46,510 bases of DNA from an uncultured bacterium. Lineage in GTDB: Bacteria > UBP7 > UBA6624. The stretch covers positions 1 to 46,510 of the forward strand of contig CAXGSM010000012.1 in the NCBI GenBank assembly GCA_964012435.1, written 5' to 3'. Of the stretch, positions 39,052 to 46,510 are shown piece by piece. Each line of letters opens with the position of its first letter. Within the stretch, counting starts at the first letter, position 1. A program made the translations under genes and the position numbers. The notes below the pieces were generated by a model. It saw only the letters and a program-made list of their open reading frames with translations, was not told where the DNA came from and searched no databases.

Positions 39052-39682
39052 TTTCAACCTTCAGTAATCTACTTTTAACACAGCAGAAAGACCAATAAAT
39101 TACAATCCCAAAGCAAGCAAGCAATATCATAAACATGTCACCGTCAATTTTTGGAGGACCCTCCTGTCTGAATATTGTAGAACCCTGATGTAATGTTCTC
39201 CAATAATTAACTGAAAGATGCACTAAGGGAACATTTAATGCAGCAATAATGGAAATAATGCTTCCCACCCTTTGGCCTTCAGGGTTGTTTCCATAAACAT
39301 CCCTAACAATCAAATATGCGCAAAGTATTAGAAATAATATCAACATAGTAGTTAACCTTGCGTCCCAAACCCACCATGTCCCCCAGGTCATTTTTCCCCA
39401 TATACTTCCTGTCATTAATGTCAAAAAAGCTGAAACGGTTCCAACCTCAATCAGTGATCTTGATATTCTTTCCCACTCTGGCTCCTTTTTCCACAAATAA
39501 AGACAAGAGGTCAAAGCTGCAAAAACAGTAGTTAAAAATGAATTCCATGCAAAAGGAACATGCAAATAAAGCATGAAGACCCTTTTTCCCATTCCTTGAG
39601 CTAAGTCGGGTGGAGACCAATAAAAAATGGCAAGATTAACAAAAATCATTAAAATCAACCATAAAGGGAAATTTTTTCTCAT
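39044..39682 (-). CDS. ccmC: Heme exporter protein CcmC
   Basis: YLHVP, WGKMTWGTWWVWDARLT, VHLSV...LHQ; ATG 39682 overlaps the ccmB stop. Confidence 0.96.
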   Translation of the reverse strand: MRKNFPLWLILMIFVNLAIFYWSPPDLAQGMGKRVFMLYLHVPFAWNSFLTTVFAALTSCLYLWKKEPEWERISRSLIEVGTVSAFLTLMTGSIWGKMTWGTWWVWDARLTTMLILFLILCAYLIVRDVYGNNPEGQRVGSIISIIAALNVPLVHLSVNYWRTLHQGSTIFRQEGPPKIDGDMFMILLACFGIVIYWSFCCVKSRLLKVENE

Positions 39683-40353
39683 GAATCTAAAGCTTTTTCT
39701 CCTAGGCCAAACACAAGCAAAAATTGTACAAAAGAATAAACGAATAATATGGAAAACCAATTACCAATGAGCAAACCATCTGCAATTATGTCTTTTGTAA
39801 TGTTTATAGATGACATAAGTATAGGAACAGCCAACGGATAAAGAAACAAAGGGAGCAATATGTTTCTAAAATTCAAACCTAGAGACAAGGCTCCAAAAAT
39901 ACCGCCCAAAAAACCAAAAGCAATTGAGCTGAAAATAATCACAATTAATAAAAAACCAACTTGCTCTGCGGTTAGGGTGTAATCAAAAAAGAAAAATGTC
40001 ATTAAAAAGGTTGCGATCGTAATAAGAAAACATAAAAAAGCCCCCCATAAACTTTTGCCTAAAACTATTCCACCACGATCCAATGGTGATGATTTTAAAA
40101 AATCAAGCAATGATTCATTTTCCTCATCGTCCCAAATTTTTAAAATTCCAATACTGCTTGAAAGTATAGAGGTAACCCAAATTAATCCTGGTAAGAAATT
40201 TACTAAATCTTTTGGAGATGGCTCATAAGCGACCTCAAAAACAATGATAAACATTATGGAAAGTAAAAAAAGACCTAAAAATCTACCAAATTTTTTACGT
40301 AAAGAAAATAAACTTTCAGAAAAAATGACCAACGTTGTTTTGAGAAGATTCAT
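39679..40353 (-). CDS. ccmB: Heme exporter protein CcmB
   Basis: PGLIWV, LLPLFLYPLAVPIL, about six TM helices, position between ccmA and ccmC. Confidence 0.88.
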   Translation of the reverse strand: MNLLKTTLVIFSESLFSLRKKFGRFLGLFLLSIMFIIVFEVAYEPSPKDLVNFLPGLIWVTSILSSSIGILKIWDDEENESLLDFLKSSPLDRGGIVLGKSLWGAFLCFLITIATFLMTFFFFDYTLTAEQVGFLLIVIIFSSIAFGFLGGIFGALSLGLNFRNILLPLFLYPLAVPILMSSINITKDIIADGLLIGNWFSILFVYSFVQFLLVFGLGEKALDS

Positions 40354-40991
40354 CTTTTCCTCTCCAATCTAGATGCGGAAACAAGTTCATACACTGATTC
40401 AAAATAATCCATGTCTTCAAAAAGATTTGATACTAAAAAAATTGTTTTGTTCTCTTTTTTTAATTTCTTCAAATATTTATTTAGTATATTTTTTCCATAA
40501 TCATCTAAACCTTTAAAAGGCTCGTCAAAAAGATAAATTTGGGCTTTTTGAAGCATTGAGACAGAAATGGAAAGACGTTTTTTCATACCTGTAGAATAAT
40601 TTTTTACAGCTATATTTCTAGCTTCCCAAAGGTCAACTTCTTTTAAAAAATCATCAAGTTTGTTATTGGTCCTGAGATTTAAAAAACTATTAAAGAAAGT
40701 CAAATTTTCATATCCTGATAAATGTTTATAAAAAGCATCTCCAGGACCCATGTATGCTATTGAAGATCTGGTTTTATTATCCTGAACAGGATTACCAAGT
40801 ATTTCAATCTTGCCGGTATTTGTTCTTGTTACACCAGCAAACAATCTTAAAAGAGTTGTTTTTCCTATGCCGTTTCTGCCTGTCAGCAATGCATTTTCTG
40901 ATTTTTTTAAAGAAAAGCTCAAATCCTTGATAATGTATTGATTGTCAAACTTTTTAGAAATCAAATCAGCATAAATTGCACGATTATTCAT
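40350..40991 (-). CDS. ccmA: Heme exporter ATP-binding protein CcmA
   Basis: GRNGIGKTTLLR, LSGYENL, YSTGMKKR, LFDEPF; operon position. Confidence 0.88.
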   Translation of the reverse strand: MNNRAIYADLISKKFDNQYIIKDLSFSLKKSENALLTGRNGIGKTTLLRLFAGVTRTNTGKIEILGNPVQDNKTRSSIAYMGPGDAFYKHLSGYENLTFFNSFLNLRTNNKLDDFLKEVDLWEARNIAVKNYSTGMKKRLSISVSMLQKAQIYLFDEPFKGLDDYGKNILNKYLKKLKKENKTIFLVSNLFEDMDYFESVYELVSASRLERKR

Positions 40992-41643
40992 CTTTAAAAT
41001 ATTGCCTTAAAAAACTTCTGGCTTCATTTCCGACAGCACCATCAGGATCCAATTCTGAACATTTGGAAAATGCGCTAAATGCGATTTCTTTTTCACCTGT
41101 ATTGGTCATAACAAAACCATAAGTCAACCAACCATTCGGATAATCTGGATAATCAACTATGAGCTTTTCGAGAGTGTCAATTGAAGCTAGTATAAAACTT
41201 TCTGAATCAGCAGTTGCTCCAATAGGGGTAGAAACACCTGCCATAAATTGAGCGAAAGCCATATCATTTCTTGTATTTGGTACATCATTAACACTCAATG
41301 CTTTTTCGTACCATGGAATTGAACGATCATAAAATTGAACCTCATAATACATGTCAGCAACCCTTATGGCTGCCATCCAGTTGCTATTATCATTCTCCCA
41401 AACTGATTTCCAGCCATCTAACTCTTCCCTGTATTCATTCATTTGTTGAGCAGTTTGTTCATCCATCATTGGAGCATTTGGATTATTGTTTTCATCAACA
41501 GGAGGATGTCCTTGCGGCAAAGCAGCATCAAATGAAACATCGGTTTCTTTAGGTGAAATGAGATAACCCAAAACCAAACCCAAAGTCATTCCAAAAAATA
41601 TAGATTTTGGATCAAATGATAAAACTATCTTTTTTTTCTTCAC
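40984..41643 (-). CDS. Membrane-anchored TPR protein (CcmI/CycH-like)
   Basis: TM helix, LPQGHPPVD linker, TPR-like helices (YEKAL, FSKCSELDPDG); first gene of the ccm run. Confidence 0.7.
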   Translation of the reverse strand: MKKKKIVLSFDPKSIFFGMTLGLVLGYLISPKETDVSFDAALPQGHPPVDENNNPNAPMMDEQTAQQMNEYREELDGWKSVWENDNSNWMAAIRVADMYYEVQFYDRSIPWYEKALSVNDVPNTRNDMAFAQFMAGVSTPIGATADSESFILASIDTLEKLIVDYPDYPNGWLTYGFVMTNTGEKEIAFSAFSKCSELDPDGAVGNEARSFLRQYFKDE

Positions 41644-41717
41644 GATTTATAAACCCTCCAACACAATATCCTAATTTCACTTGATAAGATAATGAAAATA
41701 TCTATTGGAGGAAATTT

Positions 41718-42350
41718 ATGAACATAAAAAAAGAATGGCTTTCAGAATACATTGGGGTTTTTGCCCTAACATTTATCGGAACTGCAGCAATGGCTGGAGG
41801 CGGAGATCTGCTGACTGTTGCACTTGCACATGGTTTGACAATTGCAGTTATGGTATCAGCTCTTGCAAAAACAAGTGGGGCTCACTTTAATCCAGCTGTG
41901 ACTATTGCCCTCTGGTCAATCGACAAATTTGAATCAAAAAATATATTAGGTTATATCGTCTCGCAAGTTCTTGGTGGTGTTGTTGGTGCTTTGCTTGCTT
42001 TATGGATATGGGGCTCAGGACAAGGTGTCCCGGCTTTCAATGGCGTTTCAAACCTTCAAGGTATGCTTGTGGAGATAACATTAACTTTTTTCTTAGTTTT
42101 TGTAATAATCTCAACAGTGATAAACAAAATGCCAGCAAAAAACGCTGCGCTTTATATAGGTCTAACAGTCTTGATAGGAATTCTTGCTGGAGGCCCATCT
42201 ACGGGAGCTGCAATGAACCCAGCAAGACATTTAGGCTCTTACCTTGTTTCTGGTGGCAATGATATCCAGGTTATTTTGATTTATTGGGTTGCACCATTAA
42301 TAGGTGGAATTAAAGCAGCAAAAATGTGGAAGAATTGGCTTTCCAGTTAA
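41718..42350 (+). CDS. MIP family channel (aquaporin)
   Basis: SD GGAGG; SGAHFNPAVT and AMNPAR. Confidence 0.96.
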   Translation: MNIKKEWLSEYIGVFALTFIGTAAMAGGGDLLTVALAHGLTIAVMVSALAKTSGAHFNPAVTIALWSIDKFESKNILGYIVSQVLGGVVGALLALWIWGSGQGVPAFNGVSNLQGMLVEITLTFFLVFVIISTVINKMPAKNAALYIGLTVLIGILAGGPSTGAAMNPARHLGSYLVSGGNDIQVILIYWVAPLIGGIKAAKMWKNWLSS

Positions 42351-43876
42351 GGTGTCCGAATTGAAATAGGGGTCGAATAACCATCAGGACCGATGATATT
42401 AAGATACACAATCGTGCCCGCTTCAAATTGATTCAACACCTCTATTGCCATATTTAGATTGTCAATTTCATATTCACCAATATGAGTGATAATGTAACCT
42501 ACAAAATTAACTAAACCTCTTTTTTGAGCTGATGAACCTCTTGTTATTGAATTGATAACAATTCCTTGTTTTGGAGGATTTGGCCATCCTGCTGCAATCA
42601 AATCCTCTGCAACAAAATCACTTGCCTCAATCCCAATAGCTGATAATATATTGCCTTTTTCTTGAGTTTCAGCCACAATTGTTTCTTGTTTAGGTTTTGG
42701 AGCAGTGCCTAAAGTCATACTAAATTCTAAAATCTTTTTATCTCTATAAACCTGCAACATAATAACGTCACCAGGTTCATAAGAAGATATAATTTTTTGT
42801 AATGATGATGGGTTTTTCACCCTCTCATCCTCAATAGTCCAAATTACATCCAATTGTTTAAGTCCTGCTTTTTCTGCCGGGCTCCAGCCTTCATCCGATG
42901 GAACAAAGCCAGAAACCAAAACTCCAAAATCTTCTGGTAAACCTAAAGCTTCTCGATCAAGGTCCTGAACTGGTGCAACCATTACACCCGCAACAGCTCG
43001 GCGAACTTCTCCGAACTCAATCAAATCATCCATTACTCTTTTTGCCAACTTGATTGGAATGGCAAAACCATAACCTGCAAAATTACCTGTATCACTAACA
43101 AGAGCACTGTTAATTCCTATAACTTCTCCATAAAGGTTAACTAAAGGCCCTCCAGAGTTTCCAGGATTGATAGCAGCATCGGTTTGAATGAAATCCTCGA
43201 TTGCCCATGTTGAAGAATTCCTTAAGATTCCTAAATTTCTGCTCATTGCACTAATGATTCCAGAGGTAACAGTAAATCTTAACTGCAAAGGGTTACCAAA
43301 AGCTAAAACCCATTGTCCTACTTTTGGTTCATTTTTTAAATCCATTTTCAAATGAGGCAAGTTGAAATCTGCATCTATCTTAATTAATGCGACATCTGTT
43401 GAAGGATCTCCACCAATTAGCTTAGCTGGATACACATCACCATTGAACATAGTGACATTAATTTCATCCGCAGTCCCCACAACATGATCATTAGTTAATA
43501 TGAACCCATCCTCGCTAACAATAAATCCACTGCCAGAACCTTCTCTCCAGAATTGTTGTGGTTGATTTTGCTCTGGTGTTTCAAAAGGAAAATCAAAAGG
43601 CCATCCACCAAAGGGATTCTGAGAACCCCGTTGCATTTCCACCTGCTCTCCTACCTGTATATAAACAATTGAAGGGTTAACTTGTTCAGAAATATTGATG
43701 AAAGCATTATTCAAATCGATTAAAAAATCTAAAGAATCATTTGCTTTCTTGTCTTTCTCTACACTTTTACCAATACCCTTTTGGAATTTAGTTTTTCCTG
43801 GAGCACTCTCATATGAATGCAATAAAAAACTAAAGAAGCAGAACAAACTAAGAATTGAAAAAACTTTTCTAAACAT
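42347..43876 (-). CDS. degP: Do/DegP family serine protease with two PDZ domains
   Basis: GSGSGFIV, TNDHVV, DVALIKI, FIQTDAAINPGNSGGPLVN; SD GGAGGT. Confidence 0.93.
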   Translation of the reverse strand: MFRKVFSILSLFCFFSFLLHSYESAPGKTKFQKGIGKSVEKDKKANDSLDFLIDLNNAFINISEQVNPSIVYIQVGEQVEMQRGSQNPFGGWPFDFPFETPEQNQPQQFWREGSGSGFIVSEDGFILTNDHVVGTADEINVTMFNGDVYPAKLIGGDPSTDVALIKIDADFNLPHLKMDLKNEPKVGQWVLAFGNPLQLRFTVTSGIISAMSRNLGILRNSSTWAIEDFIQTDAAINPGNSGGPLVNLYGEVIGINSALVSDTGNFAGYGFAIPIKLAKRVMDDLIEFGEVRRAVAGVMVAPVQDLDREALGLPEDFGVLVSGFVPSDEGWSPAEKAGLKQLDVIWTIEDERVKNPSSLQKIISSYEPGDVIMLQVYRDKKILEFSMTLGTAPKPKQETIVAETQEKGNILSAIGIEASDFVAEDLIAAGWPNPPKQGIVINSITRGSSAQKRGLVNFVGYIITHIGEYEIDNLNMAIEVLNQFEAGTIVYLNIIGPDGYSTPISIRTP

Positions 43877-43926
43877 TTAAAACCTCCGACAGCCAGTTTA
43901 ATTTTAAAATATAAAACAAATACATT

Positions 43927-44973
43927 TTGATCAAAATTACTAAAAAGAACCTACTTGTAGCATTTTCCATAATGCTCATAGCGAGTCTTGTTGCGAATCT
44001 TTCAATTGGTGCTGTGAATATTGAAATTAATGAAATTATTTCAATTTTGGCAAAAAATATTGGAATTACAAAAGATTCATCGGTACTTACAACAAATGAA
44101 ATTGTTTTGAACTCTATAAGAATTCCACGAATTTTAATGGGTGTGATTGTTGGAGGAAGCCTTGCTGTATGTGGCTGCTGCTTACAAGCATTATTCAGAA
44201 ACCCTCTAGCTGATCCTGGCCTTATAGGTGTCTCGGCAGGAGCATCTCTTGGTGCTGTAATTGGAATATATTTCAATACTTTTTTAATGAAGATTGGCTC
44301 AATTCAAGCATCTTTAATGATATCTTTTTTGGCGTTCATTTTTGGAATAACCATCTCTTTGCTTATTTTCAAAATATCAACCAAAGACGGAAAGCCCTCT
44401 GTGGCTAAGATGCTTTTGTGTGGGATAGCAGCAAATTCACTTATTGGGGCAATCATCGCCTTTTTTACATACATGTCTTCAGACTCAAAATTACGTTCAA
44501 TTGCAATGTGGGGTATGGGCAACCTTGGAGAATCAACATGGGAAAAAATTCTTATTTGCTCTTTGGTCTGCATTACATGTTGCGTCATGCTTCTCAAGCA
44601 AGCAAGATTGCTAAATGTGTTTCTTTTGGGTGAATCTGAGGCTTTTAACTTAGGTATAAAAATTGAAAAATTGAAAAAGAAAATAATAATTTACACATCA
44701 TTATGTGTTGCAGTATGTGTTTCTTTTGTTGGCCCAATAGGCTTTATAGGATTGGTTGTACCTCATGGTGTCAGAATCCTGATTGGACCAAATTTAAAAT
44801 CCTTAATTCCTTTTTGTTTTATTTTGGGTTCAATATTGTTAACTTCAGCTGATTTGGCTTCAAGAACAATATCAATACCGTCTGAAATTCCAATTGGAAT
44901 AATCACATCAATAATTGGAGCTCCCGTATTTGTTTATTTACTTATACGGGAGCAGGATAAGGTTTTTCGATGA
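43927..44973 (+). CDS. FecCD/HmuU family ABC transporter permease
   Basis: IRIPR, QALFRNPLADPGLIGVSAGA, LLGESEA, GPIGFIGLVVPH, EIPIG. Confidence 0.93.
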   Translation: MIKITKKNLLVAFSIMLIASLVANLSIGAVNIEINEIISILAKNIGITKDSSVLTTNEIVLNSIRIPRILMGVIVGGSLAVCGCCLQALFRNPLADPGLIGVSAGASLGAVIGIYFNTFLMKIGSIQASLMISFLAFIFGITISLLIFKISTKDGKPSVAKMLLCGIAANSLIGAIIAFFTYMSSDSKLRSIAMWGMGNLGESTWEKILICSLVCITCCVMLLKQARLLNVFLLGESEAFNLGIKIEKLKKKIIIYTSLCVAVCVSFVGPIGFIGLVVPHGVRILIGPNLKSLIPFCFILGSILLTSADLASRTISIPSEIPIGIITSIIGAPVFVYLLIREQDKVFR

Positions 44974-45773
44974 CATACAAAGCAACCAATATCTCTTTTT
45001 CATATGCCGGAAAAAAAATCCTAGATAAAGCAAGTCTTCAAATTCAACCTGGAGAGATCGTTACGATCTTAGGACCTAATGGTTGTGGCAAAACCACTTT
45101 AATAAAAATTCTTTCAACGGAAATAAAACCAGACTTAGGAGATGTACGTATAGGGGATAAAAAAATAAATAAAATAAAGTCAACGAAATTGGCAAAAATG
45201 AGATCTGTTGTTTCTCAAAAAACCAATATGTCATTTGGATTCTCTGTCAGCGAGATTATTGAAATGGGAATGAATCCATATGGGCAGAAAATAACTAAAG
45301 AATCTTCTGGCGAAATTAGCAGAGTTCTCAAAGATTATGAATTAGAAAAATTTAAAAATAAAAACTATTTAAAACTTTCCGCAGGAGAGCAACAAAGAGT
45401 CAATATAGCAAGATCTATCGTTCAATTAAATCAAGCTGATACAAATCAAGCAAAATATCTACTGATGGACGAACCCACCTCTTCTCTAGATGTACATTTT
45501 CAAGTCAAGCTGGCAAAAAACCTAAAACAACTATCAAATAAAAACGTTGGGATTGGGTTAGTTTTGCATGACATCAATATGGCATTATCAATATCTGACA
45601 GGATAGTGTTATTTTCCTCTAAAAAAACAGTCGAATTTTTGGAAAAGCCATTTGAGGAAAAATTGCCTGTATCACTCAGCATGCTTGAACAGGCTTTTAA
45701 ATCCAAGTTTGAAGTGATTAGAAATCAGGAAAAAGTTTTTGTAACACCTTCTTTTAAAGACGGGAGAAGCTAA
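44970..45773 (+). CDS. Heme/siderophore/cobalamin ABC transporter ATPase (HmuV-like)
   Basis: GPNGCGKTT, LSAGEQQRV, LMDEPTSSLD, VLHDIN. Confidence 0.9.
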   Translation: MTYKATNISFSYAGKKILDKASLQIQPGEIVTILGPNGCGKTTLIKILSTEIKPDLGDVRIGDKKINKIKSTKLAKMRSVVSQKTNMSFGFSVSEIIEMGMNPYGQKITKESSGEISRVLKDYELEKFKNKNYLKLSAGEQQRVNIARSIVQLNQADTNQAKYLLMDEPTSSLDVHFQVKLAKNLKQLSNKNVGIGLVLHDINMALSISDRIVLFSSKKTVEFLEKPFEEKLPVSLSMLEQAFKSKFEVIRNQEKVFVTPSFKDGRS

Positions 45774-46306
45774 CGCTTGTCAGGTATTAAAAATCTGTCA
45801 AAAACACTAGTGTTGGGATTTGATTTTTCACAATATCTAGATACATTCATTTCAATGTCTTGTGAATAATTAAATAAATCTGCAATATCAAAGCCAGCAT
45901 AATAGGAAACATCTCTTTTCAAAAGTGAATCGAAAAGTTCTTGCGCCCTTTGAGAGTGGATGATTACGCCTTTTTCCTCTTTCACCTTGGCTTTTACGCC
46001 AGCAGCACCAAGCTTGATTAAGGCTTTCAGAAAATCAGCCATGATCCCACGTCTGCCACACGCATGCCAAAGACCTTCCCACCAAACATGGCTTTCCCAA
46101 TAATAACCATAGTTAAATAAATCGACTGCATGTAGGAATTCATCTGAATCATAAGGCTTTGCAGGCTTTAGAACCTCTGGCTCTGGATCATCGATAAACT
46201 CGCTATGCCCACCTTTTTTTTTAGGATGAACCGTCAGTCCAGGAACATGTGCGTATTCGGGGAAAGAAAAATGGGGAATCAATCTGCTTCTATTATTTGT
46301 AATCAT
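45770..46306 (-). CDS. DUF309 domain protein
   Basis: PEYAHVPG..HP, DLFNYGYYWESHVWWEGLW; ATG 46306 preferred over TTG 46330. Confidence 0.8.
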   Translation of the reverse strand: MITNNRSRLIPHFSFPEYAHVPGLTVHPKKKGGHSEFIDDPEPEVLKPAKPYDSDEFLHAVDLFNYGYYWESHVWWEGLWHACGRRGIMADFLKALIKLGAAGVKAKVKEEKGVIIHSQRAQELFDSLLKRDVSYYAGFDIADLFNYSQDIEMNVSRYCEKSNPNTSVFDRFLIPDKR

Positions 46307-46442
46307 CAGTTCTTTACTATACAATCTCAATTTAAATTTTTAGAAATATAAAGCCTTTTGCATAAAAGCAAATCGGCTTTTTTTTAAATTTTAAATTTTT
46401 TAATTAATGTATCAGAGCCCTTGTATTAAGACAAGAAGGCTC

Positions 46443-46450
46443 AGGAGGTG
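46443..46450 (+). promoter_or_regulatory. Strong Shine-Dalgarno site of the prepilin gene
   Basis: AGGAGGTG, 8 nt before ATG 46459. Confidence 0.85.
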
Positions 46451-46458
46451 AATATATT

Positions 46459-46510
46459 ATGAAAAGAGGTTTTACTCTTATTGAACTTTTGGTGGTTATA
46501 ACAATCATCG
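46459..46510 (+). CDS. Type IV pilin / T2SS pseudopilin N-terminus, 3'-truncated by window edge
   Basis: MKRG/FTLIELLVVITII class III signal peptide with G-1/F+1 and E+5. Confidence 0.9.
   Translation, partial: MKRGFTLIELLVVITII

Noticed and set aside
716..45706. Many 60-170 aa ORFs antisense to or out of frame with recognised genes (e.g. 1009-1320, 16891-17382, 17133-17654, 23787-24155, 43869-44276)
   Set aside because: They overlap well-supported genes, have no motifs and read like antisense shadows.
46330..46458. Sigma54 promoter or c-di-GMP riboswitch before the pilin
   Set aside because: No TGGC-N8-TGC element and no recognisable GEMM consensus.
1..46510. CRISPR array, IS, prophage, toxin-antitoxin or defence genes
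   Set aside because: No regularly spaced repeats and no transposase, integrase, nuclease or phage-like proteins were seen.

Overview
Very gene-dense, AT-rich (roughly one-third GC by eye) chromosomal segment of a streamlined bacterium, probably diderm (lipoprotein, DegP, System I cytochrome c maturation, prepilin). No transposase, integrase, prophage, rRNA or CRISPR array is visible. In order: 5'-truncated CysD/PAPS-reductase-family gene; minus-strand tRNA(His, Arg-UCG, Lys, Gly)-tig-clpP-valS unit; M28 lipoprotein peptidase and fabI; mqnD; mutY-manC-TIGR01777-ychF-like run; PduO-type adenosyltransferase and proline dehydrogenase; hisS-aspS-dipeptidase; a 7-gene oxidoreductase-MarR-pntAA-pntAB-pntB-fixC-fixX unit; Nudix and epimerase; thioesterase-mobA-moeA-suhB-arginase; amidinotransferase; DUF2157 pair; ccmABCDEFGH plus TPR protein (ccmD was missed by the ORF track); aquaporin; degP; hmuUV-like ABC pair; DUF309; start of a type IV prepilin. 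Most of this is housekeeping, and I cannot support a clearly new multi-gene system. The best leads are the transhydrogenase-FixCX unit lacking fixAB, a ClpP with a Ser-His-Asn triad, MutY with an intact Nudix box, a ccmH signal peptide with no canonical start codon, recurrent leaderless-gene signatures, an orphan terminator suggesting an sRNA or attenuator, and a TIP/AQP8-like channel near arginine catabolic genes. All calls come from motif recognition only; no searches were run.
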